DNA from: Candidatus Nanoarchaeia archaeon
Lineage (GTDB): Archaea; Nanobdellota; Nanobdellia; Woesearchaeales; ARS49
Reading direction: 5' to 3'
Length of the DNA: 64,000 nt
Assembly (NCBI GenBank): GCA_041488275.1
Contig: JBGPOY010000003.1
Coordinates: 78,092 to 142,091, forward strand
The position numbers and the translations under genes are program-made. Under the pieces are notes generated by a model. That model ran no database searches. It had not been told where the DNA came from and was given only the letters and a program-made list of their open reading frames with translations. Positions 57,853-64,000 of this stretch are shown in pieces (the first letter of the stretch is position 1; each line of letters opens with the position of its first letter).

Positions 57853-60800
57853 GACGCACCTTCCTCGTCGGGCTCTGTCTCCTGATTGCCCTGGCGGCCG
57901 CCTCGGCGGTCGCGGGACAGTCGTGGATCACGAGCGAGAGCGTGTCGGCGGGCATGCTCGTGTACGGCAGCAACAACACGAACGACACGGCCAAGTTCCG
58001 CCAGTGGAACGGAACCTCAGTTGCGGCCGTGACCAACGGAACCTTCGACCTCGAACAAAACGGAGCGGCATATGCGGGCGCGCCCATCTGGAGCATCGTG
58101 CGGGCATCGCCGACGCGCAACCAGAGGATATCGCTGATCGACTACAAGAACTCAACCAACGGCCTGGGAGTCATTTCCGCGGCAGTGTGGAACGGCTCGG
58201 TGTGGCGCGACAACATCAACCTGTCGCTGAACATCTCGACAAACAACACGGAGCTGCGCGGGTTCGACTTGCAGTACTTCTCGTCGCAGTACAACGGAAG
58301 CACCGGCAACTACAGCGCGATGGCGGTGTACAGCGTCAACACATCGAACGCGAACTTCACCATCTGGAACGGCACGAACTGGACCATGACGGGCACGATG
58401 CCGATTGACAACTGTACGAACGTCACGCGTTGGATTGAAATGTCCGCGGGACCGAACGGCACGATGTACGAGGCGGACATCGACGCGTCGGGCGACATCT
58501 GCGCCAATGTCTGGAATGGAACGCACTGGAACGCGACCGCGACCCTGTCCACCGCGACGACGGATTCCAGCAGGAAGTTCTTCACGGTCAACACGGAATC
58601 GCAGTCGGGCGACGGCGTGGTCGTGTTTGAAAGCTCGACCGCGGGCATCCTGCAAGTGTGCCAGTTCGACACCGGCAACACGACATTCCAGAACGGCTGG
58701 TGCAACGCGCTGCGCAGCACCGCGGGCGTCGGAAGCCAGAACACCTGGGTGACGTCAGGCGCCGACCCGAGCAACGACACGATTTTCATCGCCACGTTCG
58801 AAGCGACGCAGAACGACATTGACGCCATTGCCTGGAACGGCACGGCGCTCGGCAACGCGGGCACGCCTACCGCGGTTGACGCGACTGCGGGAACGGGCAG
58901 AGGACCGGTTGCAATCTCGGTCATCGGAGAAACACACACCGCGTTGCTCGTCTACGGCGACACCGGAGTGAACAACCCGAGCTTCTCGATTTGCACCACC
59001 CCTGCGAACTGCCAGGCAGGAACGTGGGCTGCGGGCGCGACGACCGGCATGACCAACTGCGGCGAAGCCTCAGCGGTTGACTTCCTCAGTCTCACCTCCG
59101 ACTCCTTCAGCAACGCTTCGATGATGGTTGAACAAAGCCAGGCAAACCACATCACCTGCACTCAGCCGTGGAACGGAACCGCGACAACCGTCGCGGGCTT
59201 CCAGAACGGCTCCGTGACGCTCGGCAACGGCACGATACTCAGCACCGCGTTCAGTGCGGATTTCGCCTTTGACCGCTACAAGGACCTGCTTGCTCCGACG
59301 GTCAACCTCATCGGACTGCCGAACAACAGCGTCACGACCAGCACGAACCTCAGCCTGTCGTACAACGTTTCCTCCTCGGCGCCGATTGTGGAATGCAACC
59401 TGACCATCAACGGAGTGGTCAATGAGACGCGCGGCGAAACGCCTTCCAACGTCACGGCAAACTTCAGTTCGAAGAACTTCACCGGAGGCCAATACTTGTG
59501 GAACGTCACGTGCCGCGACTTCTACAACTTGACCAACACGAGCGAGACGCGCAATTTCACGGTTGAAACGGCGGGCACCATCAACGCGACGATGCTCACG
59601 CCGACGCCGAATGCCGTGACCGAGCTCGTATCAAACTCCACGTTCCTGATGAGCACCAATGTGTCGTGCTCCGGCGCGGCGGGCGCGTACTGCGGCAACG
59701 TCACCGCTTACGCGCGTTACAACTTGACTTCAAACATGTCGAACATCAGCGGCGTCTTCGCAACGCCGTTCTGGACAAACTCGACGCAGCCGCAGTCCTG
59801 CATCCTGTACGCGAACCAGTCCTGCCAGTTCAACTGGACCATTAACGCGACGGGCACGTTCAACCAGACGTTCCTTGTCCAGACGAACACGTCCACAAAC
59901 CGCACGGGAGTGACGACCGTCATCAGCTCAAACGCGACCATCAAGGTCATCGCTCCACTCGGCGCTCCGAACATCTCCGTGAACGTGAGCCGCCCCGTCA
60001 CCGGCGGCACCATCACGAACGTTTCCGAGAACCAGACCTTCACGTTCAACGCGACGCTCACCTGCGTCGGTCTTCCGGGAACGTCGTGCGGGAATGTCAC
60101 GGCGACGGCGCGCTATAACTACAGCGCGGCCGGAATCCAAAACGTTCCCCACGGCGGCTCGACCATCGGCGGAGGAACGACGAACATTAACCTGCCGTCG
60201 ACGCTGGTCAACAACGCGTCCGCCGTGCTGTTCTTCAGCGGGCGGCAGAGCTCGAACTCACCGACGGAAGAGAGTGTCGGCGGGTTCATCATCAACAGCA
60301 CCACCATGCGGTTCGTCCACCAACCGGCTACAACGTCCCAGCTGAACTTCAGCTGGTATGTCCTGAACTTCAAGGACGGGGTCCGCGTCTTCAGCGAGAA
60401 CAGCCCCGCTCCCGGCGCGGGCGTGGAAAGCGCCGCGGCAATCGGAAGCCCGATTGACACGAACAAGTCGTTCGTGGTTCCGCTCACGTTCAACAACCAG
60501 GGAGCAATCACCGGCGTCGACGACTTCGCGCGTGTCAGGATTAATGACAGCAAGACGGTCGCCCTCCAACGCTTCGGCGTTGCCGACCCCGGCGACAACG
60601 TGAGCTGGCAGGTCGTGGAAATGCCGGGAGCATTTGTGCAGCGCGGCGTCATCACCAGCCCCATAGGCGAGAACTTCACGGTCATCAACCTGACCACTGC
60701 CGTGGACCTGACGCGCACGTTCGTGACGTCGTCCTTCACGTACCAAGCGGACAACCACAACGCGAGCAGCTACGGCTTCCGCGTGCAACTGCTCAACAGC

Positions 60801-63800
60801 ACCACGCTCATCTTCGCGCGCAACACGTCCGTCGGGGCGGCGAACCTGTCGTGGGAAGTGGTCCAGCTGCCGCTCGGCGAGAAGGTCTCGCAATTCGTGA
60901 CGCACTTCGCCAACGGCGAACTCGACAAGAACGTCTCCATCAACATCACCAGCGTCGATAACGTTGTCGCGTTCTCGGGCGTGGCCGGAATGGCGGGACT
61001 GTCGCTGGGCAGCACCGACTATAACTTTGACGACATCACCGGCGAATCGATGTTCTCATTCAACATCACCACGACGGCGAACGTGAACGTGCAGCGTGAA
61101 ATCGCCAACAGCACGTCGGACGTCGGCTGGTATCTCATCGAGTTCAACCCCGCGGGCATCGGCGACGGCTTCTCGGCCATCAACACGACGCCGGGCGCGC
61201 AGCCGGTCTGGAGCCAGACGCCGGTGACGCAGTCGTGCATCCTGCTCGCGGGCCAGAGCTGCATCGTGAACTGGACGCTCAACGGCACGGGGCTGCTGCA
61301 GACGTTCATGGTCGGCGTCAACTCCTCGGGCGGCGAAGTGAACATGAGTTCCTCTACGGACGGCAACGCGACCGTTTACGTCGCCGACAACACGACGCCG
61401 GTGGTCAAGAACATGAGCCCTGTTGCGGGCAGCCTGTTCTCCCCCGGAACGCTGATACAGATTTCCGCAAACGTCACGGATAACGTCGCAGTTGATGGCG
61501 TGTACGCCAACATCACGTTCCCGAACGGCACCATCCAGCCGCTCGTCCTCCTGATTGACGGAGGCGTTCGGTATAACGCGAGCTTCACCGCTCCCACGCT
61601 CGACGGCGTCTACAACGTCACGTTCGGCGCAAACGACACATCGCAGAACATGAATACCACCGAGCGAACGAATTTCACCATTGATGGTTTCGCGCCGGGC
61701 ATCACGCTCAATTTCCCGGGCAACGGCACGAACACCACGAGCGCGACCGTCACGTTCAACTGGAGCGCGATTGACAATCGCGCAGCGTCATTCAACTGCA
61801 CACTGACGGTCAACAACACGGAAACCAATGTCTCCGTGACGACCGCCAACAACACCAACACATCGGTAAACGTGGTCTTCACGTCCAACGGCACGCAATT
61901 CTGGAACGTCACGTGCACGGACAACGCAGGCAACCTCAACACGAGCGGCACGCGCAACTTCACGATTGACCAGATACCGCCGGCGTTCGCGAACAACATC
62001 AGCTTCCCAAGCTCGCCGGTGATTTACAGCGCGAGCGCGAGCTACCAGTTCAATGTGACGTGGAACGACAACGTCACCGCAGTCTCCTCCGTATCAATCA
62101 CGACGAACTTCACGGGCGCGAACACCTCAACGTTGCTGCCGGGAGTCAACAGCACCTATAACTACACCTTCGGACCGCTCGCCGTCGGCAACTACACCTG
62201 GAGCCAAAACGCGACCGACGCTGCGGGCAACACCAACAGAACGTTTACCTATAACTACGTGGTGCAGCAGGCAACGACGGGCTTGAACATCACGAGCCTG
62301 CCCAGCGACACAGTCAATTACGGAACGACCACCAACGTCACGTGCACGGCAAACACCAGCCAAGTGAACGTGTCGCTGTTCCGCAACGGAACACTGGTCA
62401 GCGTCTCGGACAAGCAAACGCTCGGCGCGGGACTCTATAACTACACGTGCCTGAGCAACGCCACGCAAAACTTCACGTCAGCAATCACCACCATCAACGT
62501 GACGGTCAACCCGATTGCCGCAATCATCAACCTCACCCTGAATGGAACTGCCGGAAACATCACCATCCCTGCGGGCCAGAGCATCAACCTCACCACGCAA
62601 ATCCAGAACGGCACCGGAAACCTCGACCTGTTCAGAAACGGAACACTACTCGTGTCCGGCGCATCTCCGCTGAGCACGAACAGCTCCTTCCTCTCGCCAG
62701 GACTCTATAATATCACCACGCGGCTGAACGCGACGCAGAATTTCACACTGCAGAACCTCACGTACTTCATCAACGTGCTTGACGTCGTGCCGCCCGGAGT
62801 CATCCTCGTGAGCCCCGCAGACAGTCTCAGCACGTCCAGCTTCACCCTCACGTTCAACTGGACAGTCATTGATGACTTCACGAACTCGAGCAACTGCACG
62901 GTCCGCGTCAACAACACGGAAACGAACGTTTCCGTGACGTCGCTCAACAACACGAACACGAGCGTCAACGTGCTCTTTGTCGGCACGGGAACCCGCTTCT
63001 GGAACGTCACGTGCACGGACAGCGCGGGCAACGTCAACACCAGCGCGACGCGCAGCTTTGTCATCCAGACGGCCAACACGATTCCCAACCTGACCCGCGC
63101 GGTGCTGAACTCGACCAATAATGCGCTGAACACGACGAATGAGAACTTGACGCTATTCCCCGTGAACGCGACGGATGTCGAGGGCGATGCGGTCATCAAC
63201 ATCAGCGACTGGCGCAGGAACGGCTCGTCCATCGCCCTCCTGAACCTGCCGTTCGTGACCAACACGACCGATGCAAGCATTGGAGCAATCCGCGACTACA
63301 GCCAGCTTCAGGCGAACGCGACGCTCGGCAACGGCTCGCTCGGTTCCGTGCCGACGTGGAACGCGTCGGGTCCGCTGAAGAGCTCCTATGAATTCGACGG
63401 CGTCAACGACTCCATCCAGACCGACAGCCAGACGCTGAAGGACTCGGGCAACTTCACCATCACGATGTGGTTTAAGACCAACACCACCATCTTCTCGACC
63501 ATGCTGCTCTGGGAGGGCGGAGCCGCCTCGAACGGATTCGGCAACGCGCTCCCCGCGAGCGACCCCGAAATGCACATCATGACGGGCTACATTCAGGGAG
63601 CGCCGCTGCCTGCGTTGAACGACACCATCGGCTTCTACCTCGGAGACACCGACCCGGCGTTCTCGAACGACACGCTGTTGCTCCTCACCAACTTCACGGA
63701 CAACCAGAACTGGACGTTCCTGACCATCACGGTCGGCGACATGAACGTGTCCCCGCACGCCGAGATGTACCTCAATGGGCGGTTCATCACGGCAGACAAC

Positions 63801-64000
63801 GGCAGCGTATTGCGCACCAACCGAACGGCGTGGAACACCAAGCTCCGCCTCGGCAGGCCGGGCGCAGTAACGCGCTTCTTCAACGGAAGCATGGGTGAAA
63901 CCATCATCTACAACCGCACGCTCACGCCGCAGCAAATCAGAATGGTGTACGAGGCGAACCTTGCGGGCAAGCACACGCCTGACTTGTTCGGCGGCGAGAC
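57849..64000 (+). CDS. Giant secreted surface protein of more than 2050 aa; the 3' end lies outside the window. It has a signal peptide, a WNG-repeat region, Ig-like repeats and a LamG/ConA-like domain, and is extremely rich in N-x-S/T sequons
   Basis: Manual translation starts MRRTFLVGLCLLIALAAASAVAGQSW. I checked the frame by hand at the N-terminus, across about 59.58-60.42 kb and at the window end. It is absent from the ORF track because it has no stop in the window. ATGA overlap with the HTH gene. The end region reads FNGSMGETIIYNRTLTPQQIRMVYEAN (LamG-type). Confidence 0.85.
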   Translation, partial: MRRTFLVGLCLLIALAAASAVAGQSWITSESVSAGMLVYGSNNTNDTAKFRQWNGTSVAAVTNGTFDLEQNGAAYAGAPIWSIVRASPTRNQRISLIDYKNSTNGLGVISAAVWNGSVWRDNINLSLNISTNNTELRGFDLQYFSSQYNGSTGNYSAMAVYSVNTSNANFTIWNGTNWTMTGTMPIDNCTNVTRWIEMSAGPNGTMYEADIDASGDICANVWNGTHWNATATLSTATTDSSRKFFTVNTESQSGDGVVVFESSTAGILQVCQFDTGNTTFQNGWCNALRSTAGVGSQNTWVTSGADPSNDTIFIATFEATQNDIDAIAWNGTALGNAGTPTAVDATAGTGRGPVAISVIGETHTALLVYGDTGVNNPSFSICTTPANCQAGTWAAGATTGMTNCGEASAVDFLSLTSDSFSNASMMVEQSQANHITCTQPWNGTATTVAGFQNGSVTLGNGTILSTAFSADFAFDRYKDLLAPTVNLIGLPNNSVTTSTNLSLSYNVSSSAPIVECNLTINGVVNETRGETPSNVTANFSSKNFTGGQYLWNVTCRDFYNLTNTSETRNFTVETAGTINATMLTPTPNAVTELVSNSTFLMSTNVSCSGAAGAYCGNVTAYARYNLTSNMSNISGVFATPFWTNSTQPQSCILYANQSCQFNWTINATGTFNQTFLVQTNTSTNRTGVTTVISSNATIKVIAPLGAPNISVNVSRPVTGGTITNVSENQTFTFNATLTCVGLPGTSCGNVTATARYNYSAAGIQNVPHGGSTIGGGTTNINLPSTLVNNASAVLFFSGRQSSNSPTEESVGGFIINSTTMRFVHQPATTSQLNFSWYVLNFKDGVRVFSENSPAPGAGVESAAAIGSPIDTNKSFVVPLTFNNQGAITGVDDFARVRINDSKTVALQRFGVADPGDNVSWQVVEMPGAFVQRGVITSPIGENFTVINLTTAVDLTRTFVTSSFTYQADNHNASSYGFRVQLLNSTTLIFARNTSVGAANLSWEVVQLPLGEKVSQFVTHFANGELDKNVSINITSVDNVVAFSGVAGMAGLSLGSTDYNFDDITGESMFSFNITTTANVNVQREIANSTSDVGWYLIEFNPAGIGDGFSAINTTPGAQPVWSQTPVTQSCILLAGQSCIVNWTLNGTGLLQTFMVGVNSSGGEVNMSSSTDGNATVYVADNTTPVVKNMSPVAGSLFSPGTLIQISANVTDNVAVDGVYANITFPNGTIQPLVLLIDGGVRYNASFTAPTLDGVYNVTFGANDTSQNMNTTERTNFTIDGFAPGITLNFPGNGTNTTSATVTFNWSAIDNRAASFNCTLTVNNTETNVSVTTANNTNTSVNVVFTSNGTQFWNVTCTDNAGNLNTSGTRNFTIDQIPPAFANNISFPSSPVIYSASASYQFNVTWNDNVTAVSSVSITTNFTGANTSTLLPGVNSTYNYTFGPLAVGNYTWSQNATDAAGNTNRTFTYNYVVQQATTGLNITSLPSDTVNYGTTTNVTCTANTSQVNVSLFRNGTLVSVSDKQTLGAGLYNYTCLSNATQNFTSAITTINVTVNPIAAIINLTLNGTAGNITIPAGQSINLTTQIQNGTGNLDLFRNGTLLVSGASPLSTNSSFLSPGLYNITTRLNATQNFTLQNLTYFINVLDVVPPGVILVSPADSLSTSSFTLTFNWTVIDDFTNSSNCTVRVNNTETNVSVTSLNNTNTSVNVLFVGTGTRFWNVTCTDSAGNVNTSATRSFVIQTANTIPNLTRAVLNSTNNALNTTNENLTLFPVNATDVEGDAVINISDWRRNGSSIALLNLPFVTNTTDASIGAIRDYSQLQANATLGNGSLGSVPTWNASGPLKSSYEFDGVNDSIQTDSQTLKDSGNFTITMWFKTNTTIFSTMLLWEGGAASNGFGNALPASDPEMHIMTGYIQGAPLPALNDTIGFYLGDTDPAFSNDTLLLLTNFTDNQNWTFLTITVGDMNVSPHAEMYLNGRFITADNGSVLRTNRTAWNTKLRLGRPGAVTRFFNGSMGETIIYNRTLTPQQIRMVYEANLAGKHTPDLFGGE
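61749..61970 (+). repeat. Internal 222-nt (74-aa) repeat unit I of the giant gene
   Basis: VTFNWSAIDNRAASFNCTLTVNNTETNVSVTTANNTNTSVNVVFTSNGTQFWNVTCTDNAGNLNTSGTRNFTID. Confidence 0.85.
62847..63068 (+). repeat. Internal 222-nt (74-aa) repeat unit II of the giant gene
   Basis: LTFNWTVIDDFTNSSNCTVRVNNTETNVSVTSLNNTNTSVNVLFVGTGTRFWNVTCTDSAGNVNTSATRSFVIQ. It shares long identical DNA runs with unit I (for example TTCTGGAACGTCACGTGCACGGAC). Confidence 0.85.

Noticed and set aside
58152-63974. Many 60-270-aa minus-strand and off-frame plus-strand ORFs across 58-64 kb
   Set aside because: All overlap the single long plus-strand frame (codon starts at positions divisible by 3) that translates into a coherent repeat-containing secreted protein. 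None of them has motifs of its own.
1-64000. CRISPR arrays, rRNA genes, IS elements or transposases, integrases, toxin-antitoxin or restriction-modification genes; also the possibility that the contig is bacterial (CPR-like) because of Lgt, BlaI/BlaR1, class II FBA and CcdA
   Set aside because: I could not recognise any of these elements by reading both strands. A bacterial origin is contradicted by the archaeal histone, thermosome, Spt5, Sec61-gamma-type SecE, archaeal GluRS and Cmk, class III signal peptides and TATA-type promoters spread along the whole window. Chimerism cannot be formally excluded without read-level data.

Overview
This 64-kb window looks archaeal, with about 58-60% G+C by eye, and is densely coding (about 85 genes). 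The archaeal assignment rests on an HMf-type histone, a thermosome, Spt5 and uL11, a Sec61-gamma-type SecE, archaeal GluRS and cytidylate kinase, FtsZ, many class-III (prepilin-like) signal peptides, and TATA boxes about 25-35 nt upstream of many start codons. Several bacterial-type genes (Lgt, class II FBA, BlaI/BlaR1, CcdA) suggest an uncultivated, HGT-rich, possibly small-genome lineage; that is inference only.

Layout:
- 1-14 kb: housekeeping and central carbon genes. These include two tandem tRNA-Ala, a histone, split transketolase, Rpe, RpiB, FBA and a PfkB kinase, interleaved with thiol-redox genes.
- 14-25 kb: an envelope block. It holds three cupredoxin-like proteins, an Lgt homologue next to several lipobox proteins, and a BlaI/BlaR1-like pair divergent from an operon of Cys-motif, His-rich membrane proteins. 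Two of those proteins end in LPxMVGGC.
- 25-38 kb: housekeeping genes (GluRS, thermosome, Cmk, FKBP, FtsZ, extended SecE, Spt5, extended uL11).
- 38-64 kb: the most unusual part. It is a supercluster of six prepilin-like genes and a FlaI/PilB-type ATPase with a split TadB/TadC-like platform. It also contains three intact and four P-loop-less KaiC-like proteins, and a nine-gene V4R-FIST-LuxE/PaaK-like-LuxC/ALDH-like-KaiC operon. An AT-rich control region with three inverted repeats precedes a duplicated-HTH regulator and a secreted protein of more than 2050 aa that is very rich in N-x-S/T sequons and runs off the window.

A roughly 46-nt element recurs three times just 3' of unrelated genes. 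I found no CRISPR array, rRNA, transposase or integrase.

Limits: all homology calls come from motif recognition by eye. Start codons were often moved from the longest ORF to a start consistent with neighbouring genes, signal peptides and TATA spacing, and they need verification.
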